Below are positions 1-12,789 of a stretch of DNA of 64,000 nt, piece after piece (the first letter of the stretch is position 1; the number at the start of each line of letters is the position of its first letter). This stretch comes from Octopus vulgaris. Taxonomy: Eukaryota. Location of the stretch: NCBI GenBank assembly GCA_951406725.2, contig OX597818.1, forward strand, positions 46,004,001 through 46,068,000, read 5' to 3'. The position numbers and the translations under genes were made by a program. A model generated the notes under the pieces. The model searched no databases, was not told where the DNA came from, and worked only from the letters and a program-made list of their open reading frames with translations.

Positions 1-1937
1 GTCACTAAAATAAAGAAGAAAAAAAATGTGTAGTAAACTAAAGAAAAAAAAATTCGAAGCTTATTTCTAAATGAACTTGAAAGCTGCCATTAATAATCAT
101 AATGGGAGGGAAAAAAATCGGTTTTCAGGAATAAAAATTAAAATAAGGAGGTTTAAGGATCGAATGGGCTCTATAGGGTATCGAGAAGCAACAGGGCAGT
201 GAAAGGAGATGAATAAAAAGGGAAAGAAAAATTAACGCCACTGAGTCACTTAGAATCTATTTCCTTACGAGGTAATTGATTATAGAAATATATTGGTTAG
301 CCATTTTGTAATACGTGCCCTGCCTTTCCCTTTTTATTTAAGACGAAGAAGTATATTTCTCTCACGCAATACAAATCTAACAAAAGGAAAATAATCTAAA
401 GACTAAAACGGAGTAAACTTGGGAAAATTAAAAAAAAAAGGTTGATTATTAAAAAATAAGAGAAAAATGGAAAAATATCCTTGACCGGCAACCTAGAAAA
501 AAAAAAAAAGTTACGTAACGGAATAAAAATTTTTTTTTTTTTTTTAAAACAAAATATAGGCAAAGTTATATTATTTAAAAGATATATATGTTTGGATAAT
601 TTTAGTAGTGGATATGTGTAAATGGCGATGAGGAAAATGAAGATATTTGTCTTCCACGTGTTTTTGGCTTGAAAAATGTTGGCCATCGAAATCAGACGCT
701 GGCAGCCATTATTATCTAAGTCTATCCTAAAAGTGCAAATGTGAAGTAGACGACATACTTTTGAACAGACGAATATATAAAAAAAAAAAAATAATAAATA
801 TAATATAATATATATATATATAAAAAAAAGCCGGAAGAATTTTGAAAGTCAGAAAATACGTTGAGGTTCTTTTTTTTGTTTTTGGTTTTCTTTAAAAAAA
901 AAATAATAACTAGAGCTTGGTAGAATTAAAAAAAAATCTTCCAAGCTAAAAATTAATTCTCTATTGCGTGCACCTTGACTACACTAAGTGACGGCAGAGA
1001 ACTACTTTCCAGCGAAGCCACCATTTTGAGACGATTTTTAATTCGTGTGTGTGTGCATATATATACGTGTCCATATATTTACACATACATATAACCACAC
1101 ATGTGTATATAAATATTTCATATAAATATATATACACACATAAACACGTGTGTATAAATATATACATCTATATCTTTATACACACAAATATTTTAAATAC
1201 ATATATATAGATACACATACATATAGCCAAACGTATATATATATGTGTATATATATTTCATATAAATATATATAGACACACATAAGCACGTGTGTATATA
1301 TATATATATCTATATATCTGTATACACATAAATATTTTAAATACATAAAAACAATTTGGTTAATACAAGAGATTGTTAGACACACATAACCAGTTCCATT
1401 GAAGCAAACGAATATTTTTTTTTTCATTTCTTTACGAACCTTGAAAACATTGGTAATAATTGTAATACAGAATTTCTTGAAATAAAAGACGAATATATAT
1501 ATTTTTTTAACAACGGCCTAAACCCAAATATCTATCTGACAGCGTTTCTTGAATATAAAGAGTTAAACTGCCAGCAAGTGTAATAAAGAGGTCCGTTAGA
1601 GTAACACGACTGTCGGCAATGAACTCAACAAGACCATCTCGTCGTCAGCTTCTCAACCTACGTAACTAGATTTTAGCATAAGTAGCTGTCACGTGATCGC
1701 AATCGCCATATCACAATCCCACAAAAAAAAAACCCCACACGCAAAATCTCGAGTTATCTGCTCTTGGCAGCATTATTACTCACAAGCGTATTACAAACCA
1801 TTTATATTTACATTACATATGCATAACAATAAAAATACGAAGCAACTAGAAAAAAGATCTGATTTTATATTGATGTATCGAATAAATATTTTGGCAATCT
1901 AAATGGGTTGGAAAAGAAGATTCAAGAAATACTTTAC

Positions 1938-1987
1938 CCTTTTCGGTCGGCGCGACCAGAATCGTACGATCTCTCTCTTCTAGACAT
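1938..1987 (-). CDS. Putative first coding exon of an unidentified minus-strand gene (MSRRERSYDSGRADRK-G...), continuing leftwards
   Basis: ACAATG start at 1987, 16 codons plus 2 nt, then donor GG|GTAAAG at 1937; lies in a CpG-containing, repeat-free island. Arg/Ser/Asp-rich N-terminus typical of RNA-processing proteins (loose resemblance to the RBM10 N-terminal GRGDRTG, not enough to name it). Confidence 0.5.
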
Positions 1988-2149
1988 TGTTATGTATGAA
2001 AATTGAGAATAATTTTTGATAAAGAATTTAAACAAAAGTTTTCAGAAGAAGAAGAAGAAAGGATTTTAGTTTTTAAGTTTGATTTTTAGAAATAAATGTA
2101 AAATATGTCAGTTTAAGAAGGATTCTTAAATATCCTACTGGAATTAATC

Positions 2150-2680
2150 TAGTGTTCACCAAACGGTAGTACCGCACCTTAACACCAGGCGCGGATACTG
2201 TGAAGTGGAAAAAAATGGAAATTCCTACGCGATGGCTACGTCATCGTCAAGAAATCGTTATTCCTATTCGAAAGAAAACAAACAGCTAAATATTTAGAGT
2301 TACTTCTATCCCAATCAAAATATCAACCAAATTAAAAGTATATGGTATAAATAACATATTTTTCTTTATTATTTCCGTAAAGTTTTGCAAAATATATGAA
2401 CTATACTTTTAGGCGGAAGATTAATTTTAAATTTTTGAGTTTCCTAAATACAGAGTTAAAATTTTAATGATGGAATTAATGTAATATACTTTTTTATAGT
2501 TGAGCATTTTTCAATAATGTTAATAAAATCTTGATGTAATTATAGCTTCCTCGTCAATAAACTCGCACATTTGAACAATACGAAAATGTGAAGCGATGAG
2601 GATGCGCTAGTCATCTTGTGGATGTTCGAGCTTGGATGTTTGTTATATTGAAAACTGTTGTAGAAACACCATTGTAAGTA
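2150..2680. promoter_or_regulatory. Candidate bidirectional promoter with a plus-strand non-coding first exon ending at 2673
   Basis: CpG-bearing unique sequence between the minus-strand ATG (1987) and a perfect GTAAGT donor at 2674; GGCGGAAG (ETS-like, about 2412) and ACGTCA (CRE half-site, about 2238). Confidence 0.45.
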
Positions 2681-2804
2681 CATTTCTTAGGAATCTAAAC
2701 TGAACCACAAAGTATTTATAGTTATTATTGACGTTACATTCATCATCTGCCAAACAAACCGCTTTAAGTAAACCTCTACATTTTTTTGACTTGATGCTTT
2801 TATC

Positions 2805-3195
2805 ATTTACTTCCTACTTGTTTCATTGGACTGTGGCCATGCTGGGGCATCGACCTTAAAGGGTTTCAGTCAAACGAATCGGACAAAGTATTTATTTTTT
2901 TTCTTAAAGCCTGATACTTATTTCTCTCGGTTATATTTGCCGAATCGCTAAGTTACGGGGACGTAAACAAACTAACACCGGTTGTCAAGCAGTGGTGGGG
3001 GGTACAAAGACGCATAGACATACATATACATGACAGACTTCCGTACAGTTTCCCTTTACTAAATCCTCTTATGAAGGTATTGGTCGGCCCAGGGAGGGCT
3101 ATAGTGGAAAACACCTGCCCAAGGTGTCACGCAGTGGATCCGAATCCGGAACTTTGCCGTTGGAAAGCAAACTCTTTTACCACTCAGCCACCACA
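2805..3195 (-). mobile_element. tRNA-derived SINE, family A (OR-like; recurs more than 10 times in the window)
   Basis: Shares the blocks gactg-ggccatgctgg / ctaagttacggggacgtaaac / gctatagt-gaagacacttgcccaagg with copies at 23210, 35708, 53120 and 54822. Confidence 0.8.
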
Positions 3196-3980
3196 AATCT
3201 GATAACTTCTTATACATTTACGTTTTTTTTTTTCCGTCTCAAAATCGCTAAAGTGGAAGTAAACTAAGAATTTCATCCATTAATTGATTGGTTGTATACT
3301 ACAACGAAGACTATGAAGGAAAAAAACAAACCAATGAAACTATAAGAAATTAAAACTTTTATTCTCGAAATTAAAATTTAGTCGCGAAAGCACGTGGGGG
3401 TATCCGCTTTTACGGTCCTTAATTCAAATTGGCCTTTTAATATGGTCCCTTATAGGTACCAGTACCGTCCCTATATATGTCTATTTCGTTGATATTTTCC
3501 AATTTTTTAAAAGAAAAAATTTGGTTGGTTATTTTATTATTTATTTCAAGAATTTTAGCTTCGCTAATTGATTTTCAGGGCTAACACAGCCGGCATTTTG
3601 TAGCGGCAGTTTATCAAAAGGTAGCAAAGTCAGTCGACCCCCAACGAAATTCGAGCATAGAAACAGCGAAGCAGTAAAGGTATCAAACTAATTGGCATTA
3701 CGATAAGGTAATCAATCGCCTTAAAAATCAATTCGCCAAGTTATAATTCTAGCAAGCTTTGGTTCATATATTTGCGGATATATATATATATAGGAAATTC
3801 TGTTTAGGGGGAACGTTGAATGTTGATGCAGGTAAACGATAACGTGTAAATATTAGGTTAAAATCCCTTAGGATTGATTGAAAGAGTCGAAGATTGCTCC
3901 CAAATTCAAAACGAAAGGAGCGGAAACCTTCGTTAGGGAACTTACCAACAACAAAGCACCCATACACACACACATATATA

Positions 3981-4112
3981 CAGGGTGTCCCCCCAAAATG
4001 TATACACATAGTGGTTCGGCAAAAGGGAACGATAGAATAAGTACTAGGCTTACAAAGAATAACAAATTTACAATTATTAAAGATGTATATACATTTTTGG
4101 GGGGACACCCTG
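3981..4112. mobile_element. Tiny Tc1/mariner-type MITE containing a SINE fragment
   Basis: TIRs CAGGGTGTCCCCCCAAAATGTAT / ATACATTTTTGGGGGGACACCCTG flanked by TA; the interior matches part of SINE family A. Confidence 0.75.
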
Positions 4113-4430
4113 TATATATATATATACATACACATGTATATATATATACATACGCATATATATATACACACACACACATATATATATACATACACATATA
4201 TATACACACACACATATATATATATATATACACACACATATTTATATATATACACACATATATTTATATATATACACACATATTTATATATATATACACA
4301 CATATTTATATATATATACACACACATATATTTATATATATACGCACACATATATTTATATATATACACACATATATTTATATATATACATACACATATA
4401 TATTTATATATACACACGCACATATAAATG
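4113..4430. repeat. Compound (TA)n/(CA)n microsatellite
   Basis: Direct reading; explains the I/Y/H/T-rich spurious ORFs. Confidence 0.95.
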
Positions 4431-7400
4431 TACACGACCATATAAGCGACTAATTTGAATATTGGGGCGTAAAAGTGTAGATGCTATTAAATTGTTAAGA
4501 TACCTGGCTATTTTTCTAAACATCTAAAGCTGAAAGGAAATAGGTAAATTTTTTACCAGCAAATAAACGGAACACATTGTTATTTATGTATTTTTTTAAT
4601 TCCCCATTCATATTACATTTAACTCAGATTATATATATATATATATATATATTACTCATAATCATCTAAAAAGCAAAGCCGGTTAAAAATACCATAATGT
4701 AAGCATATCTGAAGCGGTTCAGTTTCTAGTGGATATTTTTATTAATAATTTTGATTCATAATTTTTTTTTTGTGTGTCTGTGTTAAAAATTTATAGGTTA
4801 AATGAAATCTACATGTATTAAGATATTTTAGTTGCAATTCAAATTTTTCCAGGATGAAAACGTGATGCTGTCTTCAACGCAACTGCAGTTTATTTATTTT
4901 CAGTTAATACTATATATTTTATAATATCTTTTTTTTCTTTTCTGTATATATTCTTCGCATTATTTTTTTATGAAGATAGTTACATTCGTCCATGGCGCTA
5001 CGGGTTGCCGTAGCATCGGGTCCAGGAAGCTGATGAATAAATATAATTTCATCATATTTCGATGAGGGTGGAGGCCTATTTTTTTTTAATACAGCATTGA
5101 GGGCCATAAATACATTTAAAATGTTTCTGGTTACGTGCTTAAAACATTGGAAGGGGCCGACCAAATTAAATACCTCTTTTGAAATAATACGTTAATTTCT
5201 TTGTTGAGGTATGAAAGGCTGTTACACATTTCATTTGAGCTGGTACTTAACGGTATATTAAGTCGCAGATTTATTATATAGGAAGGGTTAGGTCCATATT
5301 TGTTTTTTTTTCTTCTATTATATAATTTTATTCATATCTTGAAAGTTTTTTTTCTCAGAATATAAATCAATCCTTATAATTGGTTGGATTTAAAATACGA
5401 GAAAAGTAATGTAAATGAATTGATAAGCGCAATTAATTTTGTAGACCGGCGCTAATTGAAAAAGACGGCGTATTTTTATTTATATAAGATCGTTATCATT
5501 ACTTGTGTATCTGGAAAATAAGCGATATCGTATTTGTAGACTATATTCCGAATTTTATTTTTTTAATACCAAATATACATACTGCCCTACATTACGTAAA
5601 TACTGACAAAAAATGCAATACCAACTCACTGTATATTTAGAGCTATATAATACCATAAAATGTACTGCTTACTACTATGATACACTTCAAATGACTAGAA
5701 GATCCATAAACTGAATGGAAAATATGTGAACCATAACGATATCAGAAGAAAAAATATATAAATACGATGAATTTCCTTAAAAGATGTAGTGACGCATAGC
5801 AGTGAAATGAAATTTTAAAAAAAATATAATTTCTAGCCCTCCCTTCTTCATTTCATCTCACAAAATATTTTGATGATTTCTTTTGTTCTAACAATCATTT
5901 AAAAGCTGTTTCGTTACTTGAATATTTTGCTGGGCAGAAAGTTAATCATGAAAGTTAATTGATGAATTAATTAAAGTTTTGTAGAAAGTTAATTTTGCCG
6001 GTTTTCTATCGTTTTTATCCCTCACTGGTAGGTATTTCATTTTATTGGCCCCCGGAACGACGAAAGTAGAATTGACCTTGATGGGATTTGAACTCGGGAC
6101 AAAAGCTGTAACTGAAAATAGCGCTTGGCATTTTGTCTGATGCTCTAAATATTCTGCCAAACCAGCAGAATAATTAGAGCGTCATACTCTTTTTTTACAG
6201 GTCACTTAGTACTACATTGCCCATTGTCTTTTATTACAAAGTCAATAAGATATGTGAGGGAAATTTATCTGCTGTTTTTAGCTGGTTGAGCAACTATATA
6301 TAGAGGCTTCCTTCTACTTATTTTGTACATGTTGATGAGAATTAACCTCTATGCATTATTTGGTTATTCAATGTTGCTCTCAATTCAATACTATGAAGTG
6401 TTGCATAGACACGTCCTGAGTTCAAATTCCGGCCGGGAGTGGCGTATTTGGGTCGTCGCTTTAATGCATCGCCCGGTTTGACGCCTCCACCTGGTACTTG
6501 GTTGCTTTTATATAACGGAATATTTCCTGTTGCAGGTTTTCGGGCTCGTCTCCGGTTTAAGAATACATTCCTCTCTTCCTTACACTAGTTTCGGTGGGGG
6601 TCTATAAAAAGTCATAGTGTCCCTCTTACTGAGCATCAAAAAAAAAATTCAACAACAAAAAAAAAAAATCATTATTAAGACAACCCTTCAAAGAAAGTCA
6701 AAATGGAAAATAAAACGTCCTATTCATTTGCGGATGCTTTTTTTTTTATTTGGTTAGTGATGTGGGGTGATGTTTCGAAATGCTTGTCTTGGTTTTAAAG
6801 CGTTCCAACGTTGCCCTCCCACCCCACGTTTCAATGTCGGCGTTTGGGTATTATTATACCGAATCACTTGTCACTATTTTGTTTTTTTGTTACTCTTTAC
6901 ACATAGAACTAAATATAGAATCCTTTCATTTCGTTTCATTGGTCCCATTTTTTTTTTTTGACCTAACTGTTAGAAAATGAATGAAAGAAAATGTAACGCT
7001 GCCTTTACATCGAGAATCTCTGACGTAAACAAAAAAAAGGGGGGAGTATGGGATAGTCTTTTCTCAAAATATTAGAGGACGGCAGTGTTGAACATGCATC
7101 CTACCCTTTAGTTTTCCTTTAGGGAAAAAAGACAAAAGGCAGAGGGGGGCGTATTCGAAACCTCAGCTAATATATATTTATATATATATTATATGTAGAA
7201 AAATACAAACTGGGACAAGAACGTAAAACATTTAGAAGACGATACAAAAAACACGGACGGGACATTCGAAGCCTTCAATCTTCAGTCAAGAACCGGATCA
7301 TCCTAGCAATTTCGGCTGATTAATCTTGAGATCGCTCCGATCCGGCCAGCCCCAAGGAAAAACTAAGATACGAGCATTAGATTTCTTGGAAAAAAGGATC

Positions 7401-8744
7401 GAATGTATACGAAACAGGGACAGAAAAACGGACGATGCCACACGAATATAAATTACAAAAAACAATAATGGTAAAAACGGGACAAAAACAGCGGGTGTGT
7501 TACGACTAATAGACAGTACAACTTAGTTTAGCTGGCGTATTTGGAAATATATATATTTATATATGATGAGTGTGTTTTTCAGGTACCCCTATACACCATT
7601 AGAATGAAACGTAGAAACACTCAAAAATCTCCTTCGTGTTATCTTCTGCTGTCCTTTTTTCTTTTTTTGTTTAGAATATTGAATAATGTAGTCTGAAGTA
7701 TACACTACGCCTGAAAAATAGAACATGGGATAATTATGGGTAGAATTCCTTTGACTGCAAGCCTGTTGGATATGAACTGACCTGGAACTAAACAGACAGC
7801 TAGTAACAGGCTTATGTGTATCTTTATATATAAATGGTAATTTCTGTCTGTCTGTTACCATGTTGTTGCTCAAACCAGCGAACCAATCTTCAACAAATTT
7901 TGTATTCATGTTGAACTAGCAACCAGTTCAATTATAGGCTAACTGGATCTCACTAAAAAATTTATAATGGACCGACTACGGGATGCGAAAGTGTTAGGTT
8001 CAGTGAAGTGTGTGTGTGTGTGTCAAACTGCTAAGTTACTAGGGGACATAAACCAACACACACATATACATACATATGACGAGCTTCCATACAGTTTCTG
8101 TCCACCTAATCACTCACAAGGCATCAGTTGTCTCGGGGCTATAGTAGAGAACACTTGCCATCAATATACATATACAAGTTCAGTAAAATTTAGATTCAGA
8201 TGAATATGGTACTTAAGTTAAAGGCACCAGAATTTAGTATGGTATTATCCATATAATTCTAAATGGGGTGATTATAATCAAAATAAGGATATCCTTGTTG
8301 CTTATTTTGATTATATATATATACACCCTATATACCCACCCATGCCAGCATAGAAGGCAGACGTTAAGCGATGATGATATATATATATATATCTGTGTGC
8401 GTTTATGTCATTGAGTGCGTTAGAACTATCAACTACATTTCTAGTCAATATATAGATTTTATTATTAAAATCCATAGAAATATTGGTGGGTGAGGGAACA
8501 ACAAATAAAACGAACATATTTCAGTGTAATATGATTGCCTAGAAAGTAGATGTGATGGGCATGAGTGCAATGTCTTTGATCATTAGTTTGCTGGATCAGA
8601 TTGACGTATTCATCTCAACCAAAGGGAAATCTCCCTCTATTTAGTCATTTCTTCTGATCCAATTACAAATAAATCTTTCCTCGAAGAGAACTGTTATCAC
8701 ATCTGTTGTTGCTTTGTTTAACTCTTAACCCTTTAGCATTCAGA

Positions 8745-9024
8745 AGCACCATCCGTTCGTGGCCGTTGCCAGCGCCGCCCTGACTGACCTCGTGCCAGTG
8801 GCATGTAAAAAGCACCATCTGATCGTGGCCGTTTGCCAGACTCGTCTGGCACGTAAAAAGCACCCACTACACTCATGGAGTGGTTGGTGTTAGGAAGGGC
8901 ATCCAGCCGTAGAAACATTGCCAGATCAAACTGGGCCTGGTGCAGCCTTCTGGCTTCCCAGACCCCAGTTGAACCGTCCAACCCATTGCTAGCATGGAAA
9001 GCGGACGCTAAACGATGATGATGA
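8745..9024 (+). mobile_element. SINE family C (V-domain-like core, (TGA)n tail)
   Basis: Core gagtggttgg-gttaggaagggcatccagc and tail gctagcatggaaagcggacg..aaacgatgatgatg; copies at 10140-10397, 18254-18870 (-), 19057-19281 and 22500-22788. Confidence 0.8.
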
Positions 9025-9329
9025 TTACTCTGTCAAATGTAATGTTTATATATTCACATTGTTTTGAATTATTCATGCAATATCTCATACCTTTGACACT
9101 TCAATGACGTGATTTATCTTTTGTTTCAGTCATTAGACTGCGGTCAAGCTGGATCACCACCTTGAAGAATTTTTAGGGAAATGAATTGACCCCAGTATAT
9201 TTTGTTAAAGCCTGGTATTCTGTTGGTCTCTTTGCCAAACCACTAAGTTACAGTGATGTAAACACACCAACGCTGGTTGTCATGTGGTAGGTGGGTGGGG
9301 GGAACATATATTTATATATATATATATAT

Positions 9330-9635
9330 ATCACGTGACCGACCAGGCTATCAGATGTTGCTACACATCGCTGGTCACAATGCGCTTCCCATTGTTTTAC
9401 CCTTCAAATGATGCCATTCCTCTGGCTAAGTGAGCAGGCCAACAGAAGAAAGATTGAGAGAAAGTTGTAACGAAAGAAGAGTACAGCAAGGATCGCCACC
9501 ATCTCCTACCAGAGCCTTGTGGAGCTATAGGTGTTTTCGCTCAATAAACACTCACAACGCCCTGTCTGGGAATTAAAACCGCGATCCTACGACCGCGAGT
9601 CCGCTGCCCTAACCACTGGGCGATTGCATCTCCAC
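9330..9635 (-). mobile_element. SINE family D (tRNA-like head)
   Basis: Closely similar copies at 47701-47973 and 46085-46325; tRNA-like head gcccagtggttagggcagcggactcgcggtcgtaggatcgcggtt on the minus strand. Confidence 0.8.
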
Positions 9636-11456
9636 ATATAATATATATATATATATATATCTATATATATATAACCCGTGCTAGCACGGAAAACGGACGT
9701 TAAATGATGATGATGATGATGCTATATATATATATATATATAAAGAAATTTAGTAGGGTATCAGAATACCATTTGCTATAAATAGAGCTATTGTTCCAAA
9801 ATCACAAATTTCTCACTATTAAAATACACAGGGCAAATGCAACAAATATAACAGAAATAGGCTTACCTTGTATGAACTACAGAAGCAAGGAATACAGATA
9901 TTCCAGGATCAATTGTTTTTGCTTTTTGTATGAATATACTTAAAGCTCATCAGCCAGGCTTACTGCAAATAATCCATTTTTGAAATATTCATCACATTAC
10001 ACCATGTGTTTTCTTTCATTTGAATGCCCCCGTGACATTAAAAAATGAACATAATGTGAGCCAGTATAAAATTTTATATAATAATAATAATAAAGTGGCT
10101 AGCAAGTAAAAACTTAAATAGTACCTTATTAATTTCATTTCTGGCTTCCGTGCCGGTGGCACGTAAAAAGCACCAACTGATCGTGGTCATTGCCAGCCTC
10201 GCCCGGCATCTGTGCCGGTGGCACATAAAAAGCACCCACTACACTCACGGAGTGGTTGGCGTTAGGAAGGGCATCCAGCTGTAAAAACACTGCCAGATCA
10301 GATTGGAGCCTGGTGCAGCCTCCTGGTTTCCCAGACCCTGGTTGAACCATCCAACCCATGCTAGCATGGAAAACAGACGTTAAACGATGATGATGATATA
10401 TAAATATACATATATATATATATATATATCCAGCAGGCTTCTTTCAGTTCCTGCTCCCAAATCTACTTGCATGCAGGACTTTGGTTGGCCCAAGGCTATA
10501 GTAGAAAACACATGCCAAAGGTGCCGTACACAGTGAGACTGAATCTGGAACTGTGTGATTGGGAATCAAGCTTCTTACCTCAAAACCACACCTGTGCCTT
10601 TAGAATGATATTGTAGGGTAGGTGCGAGAGACCAGTTTAAACATACTGATGGTAAAATATTTGGGGCCAGATATCACTGGTTTAAATACTAAAGGATTAA
10701 GTCAGCCTTGGTTTTGCAAGAACTCCATGATCAAAAGTGTCTCTGCTATGATTTGCTGCTTAAGGATTCTTGGACACAAACTATTAAACAATAAATAATG
10801 AGATTCAGTTCTGAACAAATTTTAGTACCATACCACAGTATATTGAAGCTTCACTTTCTTAATTGTATACAGGGTGCCATTATGTCCACCAACTTTGTTT
10901 AAATTAAATACCAATCCTCTTCTCCAATAAGTTGTGTGCCAGTGTGTGAATGGTAAGAATTTAGCTTCCCAACCATATGGTTCCATGTTCAATCCTACTG
11001 TGTAGCAATTTAGGCAAATATTTTCTACTCTAGTCCCAGGTCAACCAATACCTTTTGAGTGGATTTAGTAGATGGAAACTGTAAGAAACCCATTGTATAT
11101 AAGTATGTTACTGTCTCCTTGCCTTGACATTGCATGATGGTTGTAAACAACTGTCACCATCATGCAAGTGTTTTCCAATATTCTGTGAAAAGCGTCTGGT
11201 CATGGGAAAATATTAACTTACTTGGAAACAAGTGAGGGTTGGCGACAGGAAAGGCATCCAGCTGTAGAAAATGCACCTCAAGAAATTCCATCTGAGCCAT
11301 GCAAGAATGAGGAAGTGGATGTTAAAAGGAAAAAATGAGGGTGATGAATCTGAAACACATTGCATTGATCAAAGCTGACTTAGTCAATTTGCTCCTATTT
11401 AAATTAACCAACTATGAAGAATTTTATGTCAGGAAATCAGCAAATATTATTTTTAA

Positions 11457-12789
11457 CTAGTGTACCTGTGCTGTCAGAAATGTCAAACTGAGTTTTGTTA
11501 TGTGCCAGAGAGGAGATTGCTTAATTGAGGACTCAATTATTGCTGCATTGGATCCTCTTGGGATGTCAGGTGCAGTTTGTCTGAAGTCTCTGCCAAGTAG
11601 CAACACTTTTCTACCGAATGGTGTGAGCGAATTCATTGTTTGCCTCAGCAGCTGATCAATGACTCTCAGAGCATTGCATGATAACGATGCTTCATCAATA
11701 ATTAAAAGGTGAGCCTGCTTGAATTTCTCAGATGACTCTGAAAGGATTCTCATGTGAGAGGTGGAACTGTCATGCAATGGGATGGGTAGCTTGAGTCCAC
11801 TGTGAACTCCTTTCACCAATGAGCGAATCAGCAGCTATGCCTGTAGTAGCATAGGAAAGGACACACTTGTTTTACCTTCTTAGAGAAGCTATCAATGTAT
11901 TGTACAGGTAGGTCTTTCCCGTACCTCCAGGGTCATCAAGGAAAAAGAATCTACTCTGTCTTTCATTGTCATCGATAGCTGCAATAATGTGTTCATAGAC
12001 CTGGTGCTGAGCCTCAGTGAAGGATGCAATGTGCCACTCAATATCAGCTCCTTCAGCATTGTTATTTTCAACAGTTCATGAAAGGTTGCTGCAGCTGGGA
12101 CTGGAAGATGCAAATCTCTGTAGCATAGCCCATGTATTCGCATTCCGTAAATGATCAGCAAAATTATGGTATTGTTCTATTTTTAACCTGTGTTGATGGT
12201 TCTTCACAAAATTTATATTGTTACCTTTGACTTGCAGGTAAGAGTCTACTGCCCATTGCTAAAAGAGCTTACCTCCATGGATAACTGGGTTGAATTCACC
12301 ATCTCTAACTGCTGTAAGAGATACTTTATGTTGGAGCATTGTAACATTTTGCCTTGAGTTTGTTCTATTTTTATTACCAATCATATGTGGTTGCCAGCCT
12401 GGCTCTCCATATGGAAAGAACAACAATACATATGTCATTGGGTCATGGTTGGGGCTAAGAATGTTCAGACTGATCACAGGAATGTCATTGTTTCTTGGGT
12501 AAACCTTGAAATCTCTGTTGAATGGTGACTCACCATCAGTATTGTTGAAGATCATAGCTATTTCCTTAACTGTTGGTAAATTGTATTTCTGCCTATCAGC
12601 AGTACGATCCCTGTTGAAGACTAAATTTACAACAGATATAGGCCCCTGTTCTTGTTGGGCATACTGCACCTCATGCAGTTCTACTTCTTGTAATGTCCTG
12701 TAAGATGCAGCATAGACATTGTTCTCTCTGATAATCTCATCCAATCTGTGCATCACCTCAGGTATACTTTTGCTGCATTCTAAGCCCAC
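11457..12789 (-). mobile_element. Degenerate Helitron Rep-helicase remnant
   Basis: PIF1-type helicase motifs LLIIDEAS...IDQLLR...PFGRKVLLLGRDFRQTAP (11457-11819) and Helitron N-terminal motifs YNLPTVKEIAMIF, HDPMTYVLLFFPYGEPGW, HGGKLF (12259-12789); fragmented by frameshifts and deletions. Confidence 0.85.

Larger units (their letters stand above)
8729..10696. mobile_element. piggyBac-type MITE split by nested SINE and other insertions
   Basis: TTAA|CCCTTTAGCATTCAGA at 8725-8744 and inverted TTTAAATACTAAAGGA|TTAA at 10681-10700; body pieces at about 9025-9118 and 10600-10696. Confidence 0.65.

Noticed and set aside
3900-3945. CTAACGA-AGG...CCT on the minus strand
   Set aside because: Core altered and GAAA box missing.
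3764-4453. ORFs of 114-225 aa rich in Y/I/C/V/H/T
   Set aside because: Translations of TA/CA microsatellites; the same applies to ORFs at 31613-32065, 49230-49574 and 57000-57443.
6410-6650. GC-richer island that might be a structured ncRNA
   Set aside because: No recognisable snRNA, snoRNA or tRNA motifs and only weak pairing; would need an Rfam search.
7290-7365. Hammerhead-like layout on the minus strand (GGCTG...CAGCC-GAAA)
   Set aside because: No CUGANGA box in the required position; at best a relic.
9867-9962. Minus-strand exon-like segment with good splice signals
   Set aside because: Stops in all three frames and nested within repeats; better explained as a repeat fragment.
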